A DNA stretch of 64,000 nt from Setoptus koraiensis (lineage: Eukaryota; Animalia; Arthropoda), in contig CM106586.1 of NCBI GenBank assembly GCA_048013815.1, positions 16,616,001-16,680,000 on the forward strand. The letters run 5' to 3'. Shown here piece by piece: positions 11,872 to 23,931 of this stretch. The stretch's first letter is position 1. The number at the start of each line of letters is the position of its first letter. The notes under the pieces are model-generated. The model searched no databases. It saw nothing but the letters and a program-made list of their open reading frames with translations, and was not told where the DNA came from. Made by a program: the position numbers and the translations under genes.

Positions 11872-13740
11872 TGCCCAACGCCGGCACAGTTGCCAGGGCT
11901 CCCCACCGCCGCCACCAACTTTGTTATAAACTTGCGCACTTGGCGGTGCAAGCTATAACCCAATCAATGCTAACACCGCCATTATTATTACAATTACAAT
12001 ATTAATGATTCATGTTATTGCCGCCACCGCCGCCGCCGCTGCCGCCGCCATTAACGAGCTAAATACTATTGGCACCGACAGTATATATTCTACTAAATAA
12101 CAATAATCGTAGTACGCGTATTAGTCAGACACTAACAACGACTGCAAAAGTCAATGGGAAATGCGAAAGGAGAAAGGAGAGAGGAGAAGGGAGGAAAATC
12201 ATTTGCCAAGCTATTCTCGGCCAGACAAGCCTGTTGCCGCTGCTGCTGGTATCGCTAAACACATGCTAATAACAGGACACGCCAGCTTGCCAGATACGCA
12301 AGTTCGCACTGCATTTTCAAAATGCAGGTACACCATGGTAGAGGCTCTCTCGCTCGCTTAATGCCTGCTCACAAAGGGCAACAACAACAACAGCGGCCAC
12401 CAATTGCCTGCGTCTAGCCACGATTCACATAGCTAATCAGAGACAAGGAGATTTTTATTTATAGTTGGCTAGCGTTGGATAGGCGCAACTAGTTAGCCCA
12501 TTCAGTTTGCCTATGAGTCGTGTATGATGCGTGTTGCCATACATACACACTTATACTGTATAAAATATACATGTACACCAAACATATCTGGAAACGTCAC
12601 TTGCTTACACAAAACAACACATGACTATTTTGACAGTGTTTGCCAGACGGCGCACAAACACACCTAGCATACAAAACTGGCTTATCTATTTAAATCTACC
12701 TGATATCTCGCTTTATATACTCACCATAGAGGCTTTCTAAATCTAATCTGATACCATTGTGGCATATATCCAACCTGTTGCGTTGCTCAAGACGCACATG
12801 ACACCAAATGATGAAACTGCCTAGAAATATTTAAGACAGAGAGCGCTCACATGATCAACATGCAGCAACATAAATTGTTACTTGTTGTTGTTTGCTTGAA
12901 TAGGTAGACCAAAACAATGAAGATGGATCCCGACAATCTCAAAAGTTGCACCCGGGAAGCAAGCTTCTGCTGACAGCGCCCTCTTCTCATGTGACTCGCA
13001 TTCAATCATTACGCTCACTTTTCATCGGCCCCCATCAGAGCAAACTTTATGGCGGCTTTCTATCCTTTCTATCAATAATAAACGACTGCTGTCTGCCGTT
13101 ATAACCCACAAAGCAAGCAGGTAGGCAGGCTGTCTGTCAGAAAGTCAGATCCAAGAGCGGGCGGGTTGGGGAGTTGCATTGATTTGCGAGTTACCATCAG
13201 TGTTACGTGAGTTAATTGGTAGTTGTTTGTAGAAAAGTTGTTATGGAATGAGTGGCAATGAGATTGTGAGTCACTTTCATAAAACAGGCTTTGAAATTGC
13301 GTTCAAACAACAACAGCAATAACAACAGCAACAACAACAGCAACAACGACAGCAACAACGACAGCAACAACAAAAACTCACCACATCAACAATCGGTGCA
13401 CAAACAGCGCATAAAGAAAGACCAATTTTCTTTCACTGACCACTCGCCCTTGGCCAGTAGACACAACATGGAGAAAGAGAGCACCTATTATCGTCATCGT
13501 TGGCTGCATACAACAACTACATTTGAGTGGATACAGATAAACTTGACCTCGTCCGAGACAAGTTGAGTTGAATTTGATATGAGTTTGCTCATGTTAAGAA
13601 ATGTTAGCCTTTGTTATCTTCGAGTTATCTGACATCTTCAGTTAACGGTCGTTTCTGCACACTTTTACTATGCTACATCTCGACTAGATCCTTATCGGAA
13701 GAGATCGCTAATTCTCAGATGGATACAATAACACTCCAAA

Positions 13741-13766
13741 CACACACACACACACACACACACACA
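13741..13766. repeat. (CA)13 microsatellite
   Basis: Read directly. Confidence 0.95.
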
Positions 13767-14009
13767 AGCCTTATGAATTGTAGGCAGTGAGAGGAAAGTT
13801 GGCCATAATATGATGATTGTAACATTGTCAAAAAGTTGCTATGATGGAACAATCAAAACAAGTTAACAGGTAATACTAGTTGTTGATTTTAAAGTAGTCA
13901 AGCCGCAAAACTACTACCTATTCCAACGGCATTGAGGATCACAATTCACTCTTTTTATCGTTTGTCAGTGTGTGATATAATGTGTCGATTCTATCATCTA
14001 CTGTCTGTT

Positions 14010-14350
14010 CTAACTGTCAATAGTCCCTGTGTAGAGGGGATTGCTGTTATTATGATCGACATCTGACATGCTGACAGACCAAATGACTGACTTGCTGGCT
14101 GTTTGACTGACTGAATGACAACTAGCTACAGCCTGGTTGATAGTGAAAATTATTTGTTGTGTGCTGTAACTTAGTATCGCAAATCCCATATTCTATTGGT
14201 GAGATTTTCGCTCTTCCAATAACAACAAGTAGTATAACAGCAGGAAACCACTTTAGACCAGAATTTGTCTTGTGACTTGAATTGTTGGTCGGACTCAAAT
14301 TGTCCACCAAATGCTCGCCGATGTATACTACGGTATAGTTTCTTGCCATA
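14010..14350 (-). pseudogene. Frameshifted WD40 relic, possibly GTF3C2 (TFIIIC110)-like
   Basis: Three successive reading frames give SHKTNSGLKWFPAVILLVVIG / NRIWDLRY (14194-14177) / KSVIWSVSMSD..PLYTGTID (14090-14016). These are colinear with recalled GTF3C2 AHDQAVRTLQW..FWDLR..KGTVWSLSGSD. Stops and frameshifts are present. Confidence 0.4.
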
Positions 14351-17300
14351 AACTGTGAACTTGTTCATCTGAAGCGATAGCACTACGAATGTGGTTCCGA
14401 TGTCAATTGGACATCTACTGTGCGACACTAACATTGATATATAACCGACAGAAATGATAGTGCTCAATGAAAGAACTCATTAGCCGCTATTAATTGCTGT
14501 GTTACTACTGTTGCCTTAGATACAACTATGAGACTTTGTGGATTTGAGTCGCTTGCAATTGCATGATACATGAACTATTGGCTTAGCCCACTTGGTGTCA
14601 AGCATAAACTATCGGAGCTAGAAAGACAGAGAGATAGCTTGTAGTGGTCGTTGCCCATGTTGCTGTTATTGTTGTTGGCTTCACTATGGTTTTTAGGTAA
14701 TTGACAATTGAATGATATTTTGTTACGCCATTGTGTCCCATTCTTCCCTGTTGTTGTTATTCTTTTTCTTCTTCCTCTCTATGCGAAACCCTCTGCATCG
14801 CACAATCTGATGATTACTCCAATGTTAGGGATTCCTTCATTGAATAATAATGACGGGGAATGATTCCGCCAGATACACACATGAGAATAGGAGAAACAAT
14901 AACAACAAACTAATCTCTCCTACAGAGACACAAGTAAGCCACAGTTCAATACTCTTTGCAATGGAGAGCGGAAACAATTGTATTCCGGTTGGCCTGATCA
15001 TTGAGCTTCCGAATCAATCAATACTTGTTCACTATCAAGTACCAATTTCAGAATCTATCTCTATTGATATTGTTTGTATGTTTCTTCTCTTTTTTCATAT
15101 CGGCACTACCTGTTCAATGAGATTAATTGTGAGCAAACTCAGCGAGAGTGAGCACCTCGCTTATAAACGCAGCGCAACAGCGGAAATTGTTTATAATAGG
15201 ACTGAACAACTTTGTCGGAGTTATAAACACCGCATTTCGTCATCCCTTTCCCTCGTTCTCTCAGCTTGGGGTAAGATAAACAACAAGAAAAATTATCATG
15301 CTCAATATATTTAGGTTGTGTTTACAGGGGATGTACAACAATAAATAATAGCAAATCATTATGATTGGGCAAGTCATTCCGAAACACAAGAGAAAATAGG
15401 TTCGTTGGCCCTTGTCTATGCGTGTATATGTATGGGCACCCAGATATATCGGACTTGTTTATGCGTGTGTCTAAATTTGATGATTATGTTCAATTATTTC
15501 TTTGTTTTTGTCCGGCGTAAACACACATTGGCAAACTTCATACCTAGAGCTCCAAGAGTCCAGCTGAAAAAATCTTTTGTTGAAAGTTTCAACTGTAAAA
15601 TGACAGCAATGGCTGGACTATCGCAGCCTCGGCCAGGACCTGGTCATGCGAGAACATTGACACTCAACACACTTAGTGATTATTGCATAAAAATTATCTA
15701 ACACAGCCTATGCGATATTCTCACTCTTGTCCAGCCTAACCATATAGGTGTGCAAAATCCTTTGTCTAATATCCAAAGGATTAGGATTGTTGGAAGCTTA
15801 GGGAATATTGGCTGCCAATGGCGATGCCGGCTTGCAAAGCGCATACGTGCTAACTATGAGCTCAACTGAAATGCCAAATATTATTTGGTAAGGCGAGGAC
15901 TTCTCACATGTCATACATTTGAACACTTAATTAAATTTCCCTATTCACATAATGCCGGTCATAATCTCTTGTTGGGCAAATAGATACTGGCAAATTATGC
16001 ATGCCAATCCTTCAAACGGTGCATATCCAACTGATCATGATAAAAATTCTCGATGGAAGTGCTGTTTGGCATTGCGTGTCATGTGAAAATCGGCCAGCCA
16101 CCATTTTTTGAAGCTAGTCAAATGCATTATGAATGAGTCAATTAATTAGTCTCATTTCAATTAAGCATCCCATATTATGCACACGCAGGTCGCTTTAGAT
16201 TTGGGCCCACAAAATGTTTACAGCCACATGTGTTTGCCACATTCATGGTTTTGGAGCCGAGCATTTGTTTATTAAATTGTTGTTGCTGATTCTATAGAAA
16301 CATGGCAGTGCTCGAGATAAAGGATTTGACACTATGTACCTGATTTGTTGCGACTACTCGATATTGGGAAATCAATGATTGAGGTAAAGGTTTAGGAGCA
16401 GATAGACATCGCTGACTCTGATAAGAAGAATATCGTCTTCGGCCATTGGTTTCAGTTTCATGTGGTCAACATAGACCAGCTATCTGTAGTAGTGCAACGA
16501 AATTCTCTTTGTGTCTGAGTGTGATTGTATACGCTGAGCAATCATGAGAAATTGTTTAGACCCTCATTATTATCTATCATGAAAGGATTGTAATAGACAA
16601 ATTAGTGACGTCTGGCTCTATTTCAATTAATAACAATGGTGCAGGTATATTCAATATTAGCGACAATAGAAGCGATCGCAACTTGTCAGTTCAATGTTGA
16701 CGGCTAGTCAATATTTTCGTCATTTTTGTTCATTGTTCATTTGTTCGCAACAATGAGCCAAGGGTATTTTTTGACAATGAGAATCTCGCACGGGTGGTAG
16801 TCAGCAACTTGGCCGAATCAATTGTGTCCAGTGTCACAAACGGTGTTGTATTGATACAAGCTGACAACCATACAATTCTGACATTTCGTGACATTTCATT
16901 GATGTCATGCCTAGCAAGATTTTCGTGTGAGATCTATCGATTTGAAGTGTCTAGCTAGGAATTTTTCGAATCCATTACTCACCTTGTGTCAGGCCTATTC
17001 TTTTCGTGTCATTTGTTTGGACACATCATCGCCAATATGTTGGTTCGTTGTGCATTGATCCTAGCGGAGTGAACTTTGTTGTTCTCGTATCATGAGATTT
17101 ATGCAAAGGCAAATTCTCTGTCTAGAGTTCATTCAATATTGTAATTAGCTTTTGGTTTGGACGAACCTGCTGATGGACTGGTGGTATTGCGCCGTGTCAA
17201 TAAATTCAAATGTGGTATTTCCAATTCTGCAATAAACATCGAACGATACGCAACAATGCTAATAAAATTTCCTGGTGCTTTCACCAATTTTTGACATAGT

Positions 17301-17499
17301 TCTTTCGACAGCGATGCAAACGGCCGAAGGCAGATACTATTGTTGTTGTTGTTGTTGTAAACGTTGCTGTTCTTTTGTGCCTGCCAATATTGTTAGCATA
17401 GGAACATTTGCTCACAAAAACACTTACAAACATCAGAACAGTTCCAACTATTGCATCATTTGCTTAGGAACATAGCGGGAATCTAGCGGCGATTGCGCA

Positions 17500-17742
17500 C
17501 TAACGCACATTGTGTGCTGTCATTTGATCGCTACTTTCTATAGACCCATTTGACCTAATTTCAACGTTGAGACGACGACCACGAAGACGACTGTGATGGT
17601 ATATGAGCTGCAGACACGGATGATCACATGATAAGGCATGAAAGAGGAGCACTTTGCGTCTTGTTGAGAGGCCAGCGACTATAACCGTACCATCATCCGT
17701 GGCAAACGCTAGTAAGCTATGTTCACATGCTAACTGTCCCAA
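17500..17742 (-). pseudogene. WD40-blade relic (upstream fragment of the same putative GTF3C2-like pseudogene)
   Basis: GQLACEHSLLAFATDDGTVIVAGLST resembles a WD40 blade (recalled GTF3C2 GQCLSLAW..HLAAGYYNGMVVFWNLPT). Same strand and correct order relative to the 14.0-14.35 kb fragment. Confidence 0.3.
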
Positions 17743-18505
17743 ATACTGAGGCGTTAAAAAACAAAAAACCTTGAGTCTCTGCCGGCCTTCAACTTCAACT
17801 TACAAGATTTGTGTCAACAAACAACCAGATACAGAAATGAGAGAACAGCTGTCTTAAGTCAATATAATTTCTAGGAGGCGACGATCATTCATTTGCAGTT
17901 GCTCGATTAAATTAACGCGATAATACCTTAACGTTGCTAGTTTACTTATCGTATGTCGAAATTCTGACCTACTATTTAACTATACATATATAATACAATT
18001 GTGTGTGAAATAATAATAATATTTACGTAATGAACAATTTTGCGTAATAATAGTAGTAATATAATAATAATAACAATCTCCAGAGGGTTTCATCCTACAG
18101 TCTTGGAGGCGGTGCTCTCCAATTTCCAGTTGGTCGCAATGAGAGCTCTTTCGCATCGGTTCTCGTCTTCAGTAATTTGCAATCACATTAGACAACCAAC
18201 TTGAACTTCGTGTACTGCAAACTCAGATTATTGCGTCGCAAAGCTTGAAAACAGTTAGAGCGATGTATTGGTTGACCAGACGCTGTTCCCGACTGCTAGA
18301 CATTCTGTTCATGACATAACCTTTATTTGCCTCTTTGGAAGATTTTCCGCTGGTCAACATGTAATTCGGTCCAACGATGGCCAATTGAGACGTTGGGACG
18401 TTGTCGCTGAGCTTTGGTGTGAATGTAATAGAGATACAGGTGGCGGCGGGAGAGGAAGGGGTATCGATATATTAGGAGGCATAATTGTTGACCAATCTTC
18501 TATTG

Positions 18506-18706
18506 CTATAGAGTTGGAATTTTCCTGTTGAGTGAATAAATATATTCCTGCCTTGCAAGATCCCTGTGGACCAGTCGTTTCGCATCTAGGTATCCCGTAC
18601 CATGAGGTATCCGATCGGCGAAATTAAGAGATATGGTATCCAGGCACGCTCCGTCTAGAATTTCCGCTGATCTATCACCTGGTGCAAAATTGCTGTTGGT
18701 ATTAGT
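18506..18706 (-). pseudogene. Tyrosine-kinase catalytic-loop relic (Ack/EGFR-like)
   Basis: Stop-to-stop frame with no ATG encodes LNFADRIPHGTGYLDAKRLVHRDLARQ, matching TK subdomains VIa-VIb (..QIAxGMxYLExKRLVHRDLAARN). No DFG motif or N-lobe found. Confidence 0.6.
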
Positions 18707-19510
18707 CTAATACTATTGGACTCTGATCTTTTTTGCCGTTTAAATGTCGATCAGCTTGAAACCCAGAAAATGCTTCCATCATCCATGGGTGTAGTCTCCA
18801 TCTTTTTGCGCGTAACTATACAAATGTAGTATCAAATGTAGATTTTTATAAAAGTGTAATATTCAGTTTAATAATTTAATCAATAATATGTGAAACGAAA
18901 TGGATATGTGGACGGAATCATGTTTCACCAGGTTTGTATTTTCTGACGTACAGCTGATAGAGTATAAAGCGCGCACAAATGCGGGTCAAACTTTTTCGGA
19001 GGTTGGCGACTCGGCTCAAGCGCAGTAAAGTATCGAGAAAGTTCAAGCAAGCCCCAAAATGCAAACAGGTCTAATCGACAGGTGTGAATGTCAACACTTG
19101 TGTGATAACGACTATGGTAGAATCAACAATAAATGAGAAATTTAACTTTTCATTATAAGAGTTACATAGTCATTTGAAACTGACCTTTTGAGGAATCTTC
19201 TAGTGGAATGAGTTATTCTTTCCTCGAAAGTTGAATCGGCAGAGGAAGAGTTTTGAATCTTCCTCTAAGAGACATATTTCTACCATATATATGTAGGTAT
19301 ATATGTTCAATTTTCTTGATTCAAAATGCAAGTTCTACTGTTGTGCTTGTCAAAATGTTTGTTTTCTACCGAATAATGAGAAATTCGAACCTGGAACGAT
19401 GTAAACAACGAGAATTCGAGGATCGTCTGGTCGATTCACCTGTTAGATGGAGCCGTATAATTGTCTCTGATAGTAAACAACAGTAGTCGCGCGCTTGCCT
19501 TGCTGATTGA

Positions 19511-19563
19511 GACTCATCATTTGAACAACATTCTTAATATTAATGTTGAGTGAATGATGAGTC
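19511..19563. ncRNA. Candidate pre-miRNA-like hairpin
   Basis: GACTCATCATT-TGAA-CAACATT / 9-nt loop / AATGTTG-AGTG-AATGATGAGTC: 22-nt arms with 18 Watson-Crick pairs, 2 G-U pairs and a 2x2 internal loop. No match to a miRNA family that I recognise. Confidence 0.3.
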
Positions 19564-21737
19564 ACGAGATGCCGACTAAAGTTGCACTCCTAACCGATAG
19601 ATACTGCGCTCAGTAGGTCCTAACTCAACGACCCCGATCGCGAGCCCAAGAATCGCGAATCCGCTAATTTCTGCTTGATTTCCGAACCCATTTCCTACTT
19701 CTGATCTTTGTGCCGTATGGGCCTAAAAAGAATAGGAGGGATGATTTTTGTCTATGTTCTTTTTTTGTCTCTAAGTGCCAAAGTTATTTGCACTAATTTC
19801 TCTAGAAAGAATGTTTCTGCCTCTACTAGAGTGATTAAATGGCCACAACATTGCATGTAAGCATCTCGATGTACATTTGAACAATTTGGGAATGCATTGA
19901 GTCAGAGTAGTGATATGAGCCATCCATAAGATCGGGTAAGTTCGGAAATTATCAAGGGATCTAGCGACGAATAGACGATGCTCACCAAAGAGCCACTAGC
20001 CCTTCAACCGCGGAACCAACCGTGTTGTGGCTGACAGGCTGATGATGCTGATGACCATGGACTATTCCCTGCGCAACTAAGATATACAATAGCGATCTCG
20101 CAGTTTATATTTCAGAGGTTCTCGGATGATAAGTGGCCTCGGGAGAATGAGAGGAGCATATGTCACAATGATGAAGCGTACTTTACGACAGCAATACTGC
20201 TTTGCGCTATTCAAACAACGCAAGTAACTTGGTATTTCAATTTTGGCACCTGCGATTGAGATTATGATCAAGGTACATGTATTTTATATTGATTCAATCA
20301 TTTACGGAGCTTGATTCAAACTGGAAGGCATATGAAATACTCTGGAGGTGACATCTTTTCACATACAAGTTTTCGTCACTATTTGCTCAAGATGCTATCA
20401 ACGATTGCCAGCCAACAAGCTAGTCATAGCATGGCGTGACCATTGCTGATGCAAACTTGTGAGGTTCATCTTTTTCGGCCACTCACAACTGGATGCTAGA
20501 TATTCGGATGCGATTTATCTGATAGCGATCAAAGGGTCACTTGATGACACTGGAGCTCGACTAGTTAGTAATACAGCGATGACGATTGATAATTGTGTGC
20601 CTCTGCAACACAACAACATGATAATGGGCATCAGTGATGGGACTGACAAACGTGTCGCACCTCTCATCGTGGTCCTTTGTCCGACAGCAACAAAAGATTT
20701 TCAGAGTTAGCACAAACTTTGTTGAATTAAGCAACAACGGCCAATATTTCAGCAGAGCTTTTCGCATTTTCGTTTGAAGAGATTTTTTTTTTCTTTGTCG
20801 GAGCGCCATCTATTTACGCAACGCGAAGTCACTTTGGCTGCTGGGCTACAGCGTCGAATGTTGTTCGTCTGCTTTGTTGTTGTTTTTATTTTTGTTGTTG
20901 TTGTTGTTCTCTCACTCGCTCAATACTTGTGCTATCACTCGTCTGCGTCTGCGTAGTAATGAACTATTTGTGTGTGCGTCTTACAAGTCAGCTTAAACAG
21001 TTGAACTGTTTGTGCACGCGATTGCGAATTAGCAGCATGATACGCACATTGTTGTTGTTATTGGTGGTGGCGCTGCTGCTGCTTCTGTGGCAACTATCGA
21101 GTAGTAAAGTGCAAGTTGAGGTGGATTTAATACATACTGCTGCCGTTGTTGTTGTTGTTATGTGTACTGTTCTCTTACTGTATAATACAGGCTGGATAGT
21201 TCATATATTTACGACCATGAGCTAGAATTGCGACTCCGTTTGTTTGTTGATGTTGTCTCACATATTTGTTTGCTCTCTAAAATATTATTATTATCAATCC
21301 GGGCATTATTATCAGGTTCATCGCTGTACATAGTACAGTAACAGTTACAAAAGACTCTTTACAAAAGATTTGCATTTATCGCCATTTATCCCACTAACCA
21401 GAATAAACAAATTCTCAGACAGACACACACACATACAGATTAAATGCAGTCGCATCAATTCGATTATCAACAATATACACAATGTCAAATATTAGTAATA
21501 TTGTGGTCTGTATCAAGACTTCGTTAGATCATTAGCAGAGATACGCACTATTATCATCATCATCATCATTATTAACTCTATTTCGTTTCCACTCTCCAAT
21601 CCAATGATAGATAGTAACCTAGACACAGATCCTCTACATTTGTCAAACACAAACCACACCAGCACGCACACATCCATAATTTCCAGGGCCCACCATCCAA
21701 ATCAAAAGAGCAGTGGCAACAGACAACAACAACAACT

Positions 21738-23366
21738 ATGGACAACTCAAATAAGGAGAACACAATCAGCAACGTTGAGGAGGCCAAGATCACACTTGAC
21801 CCTGCCAAAGAATCAATTCTGGGCTCTAGGATTACACTAAAAACGCTGAAATTCAATTCTCAGCAGCAGCAAAACGCTACAGTGGTAGACGAAAACAACG
21901 CCAACAACGATACCGACACATCAGACAATAGCACAAGCACAAATTCGGATTGGACTTTTCTATCGCGGGATGCTAATCATGAAAATCTATTGAACGATTC
22001 AAACAAAAGTCACCAGCAGATTTCCAACAGCCAAATTCTGCTAGCCGATGCGCTCAATGAAACAGATCTCATTGGCGAAGCTCATAGTTGCAGTCGTGAA
22101 AATGCTCAAGGACAAAACGATGACCATCTAAATGAGGATAATGATCGACAAGACGAAGACGATGACACAAGCGATAATGACGATGAAGATGACGCCAACT
22201 GGACGGACACAGATTCATTGGCTAGTAGCGCCGAGATGGTGGAAATAGAAAATCAAATCTCTGAAACTTTGTCACAGGATTTCATTCAAGGGGCAGCAAA
22301 TCTCCCTTCAAACGACCTTGGAACTTTGGACTCCTCTCCCACAGATCAACAACAGAATGCTAGTGATAATAAAGACTCTCAAGCCAACAACTTGAAACAA
22401 CTTAATAGTGTGCAAATCAAATCTGTATCTTCACGTTGCGATCTAGTTCGAATGTTTTTGAAAAAGGATATCGATACAGATAAGCAAGACTGTCCGTCTG
22501 TCAAGCTTTCAAACTCCAATGGTTCTGCATCAGATGGATCAAGCGAGATACAAAGTAAGAAAAAGTTATCATTCTCCATGTTGCATCAGGGGAAGAAGAA
22601 TAGAAAAGAGAAGGCAAATATCCCACCAAAGTCTCCGCTGAAAAACAACAACGATACGTTTTTAAAGTCAGCGGCTATTGTAATTATTTCCATTACTTTT
22701 GTATTAGTATACATATGCCTATGCGTTTTTCTGCTCATACCTGTAAGCAAATTGCCAACGAAATCCGATCCTCATAGGGAGTCACTAGCTTTGAAGAATG
22801 AGGCGAAGAACCTGATACTGTGGCAATCGTTCAGCAACATCTTGAATGCCTCTGGTGTGAAATCAACAGACTTGAATGAATACGACATACCCAAGATACT
22901 CAAGGCAGAGTCTATTATAATTGAACGAATAGAGCACCTTCGCTCACTTGTCGATAGATACTCTAAAGTTTATGGAGACATTGAACAAGCAGAGCAACAG
23001 AATGATCAAGGTACCTTTGGACAGAGGCGCTATCAAGACTACCAAAACATTAAAACTAGCCTCTCAACTTCTCTCAAGCCTATTTTCACCAACGTACTAG
23101 ACTCGTCCAGCTCGATGGTGAGATTGATTGACAATCATGTGACAAAGCCGGTAGGAGAATATGTTCTACCCGCAGTGCAAATAGTTCACAACAAGATACA
23201 AGAGACTGTTGAATTGATTGATGACAAACTAGAAAAGACTGCAGAATCTATAATAACTGGCTCTTCCACCGCATTTGAATCTGCCTACAACAAGATTATC
23301 AAGTTCACATCTGAACCTGTTTCTACCGAGGACACCGAATCGTGGTACGATATATTTACGAGGTGA
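21738..23366 (+). CDS. Uncharacterised single-pass membrane protein (542 aa) with an acidic disordered N-terminus carrying a LIR-like motif
   Basis: Long intronless ORF. One hydrophobic segment (AAIVIISITFVLVYICLCVFLLIPV, ~aa 312-336) preceded by basic residues. D/E/N/S-rich N-terminal region containing SDWTFL. Helical-looking C-terminal region. No family recognised with confidence. Confidence 0.8.
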   Translation: MDNSNKENTISNVEEAKITLDPAKESILGSRITLKTLKFNSQQQQNATVVDENNANNDTDTSDNSTSTNSDWTFLSRDANHENLLNDSNKSHQQISNSQILLADALNETDLIGEAHSCSRENAQGQNDDHLNEDNDRQDEDDDTSDNDDEDDANWTDTDSLASSAEMVEIENQISETLSQDFIQGAANLPSNDLGTLDSSPTDQQQNASDNKDSQANNLKQLNSVQIKSVSSRCDLVRMFLKKDIDTDKQDCPSVKLSNSNGSASDGSSEIQSKKKLSFSMLHQGKKNRKEKANIPPKSPLKNNNDTFLKSAAIVIISITFVLVYICLCVFLLIPVSKLPTKSDPHRESLALKNEAKNLILWQSFSNILNASGVKSTDLNEYDIPKILKAESIIIERIEHLRSLVDRYSKVYGDIEQAEQQNDQGTFGQRRYQDYQNIKTSLSTSLKPIFTNVLDSSSSMVRLIDNHVTKPVGEYVLPAVQIVHNKIQETVELIDDKLEKTAESIITGSSTAFESAYNKIIKFTSEPVSTEDTESWYDIFTR

Positions 23367-23931
23367 TTTAGCCTAGCTAATGTTCCTAATACGAATATTT
23401 TGTAACTGAACACGGATGTATTAACAATAATCTAGGGCCCATCCCTATCTATTTCTTAATCTTTCTAGCTTGAAAATAATAACAAGTAATACCTAGATAT
23501 TATATTATGTTATTCAACTATCATAAACTTATCATCACACAATAGACTGAACAATGGACTGGTCGAGACTTCACTGACCAACACTCCATCGTAATGTAAA
23601 TCTTCTATAGATATAGGTATAAGCACAAAAGTGCCCAATGATCATATTCCACAAAAAAATTGTAAAAGAAATATGACATATACATGAGTTAAATGTTGCA
23701 CTGTTTTTGTCTCCACTCCATCTCTAAATGGGGAGTACAATGTAACCAAATTAATTGTAACTAAATTAATTGCCAATGAAAAAAGTATTTCCCATTAAAT
23801 TAAAGTCTCGTTGAAAAGTGAGCATTAGTATCATAGCAAAGTTTATTATTAGTGTGTTACCTCATTTAGCTTTACTTGTTATCAAACGCGCGTCTAAGAA
23901 ATGCTATCAATAATTAGGGGGAGTCTAGTCT

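Noticed and set aside
9837-12361. Numerous overlapping 60-270 aa ORFs
   Set aside because: They occur in all six frames of GC-rich, microsatellite-laden sequence and have no recognisable domains, as expected by chance.
20110-20275. QQYCFALFKQRK..GISILAPAIEIMIK as an ABCA transporter relic
   Set aside because: The resemblance is too weak, it is interrupted by a stop, and there are no supporting motifs nearby.
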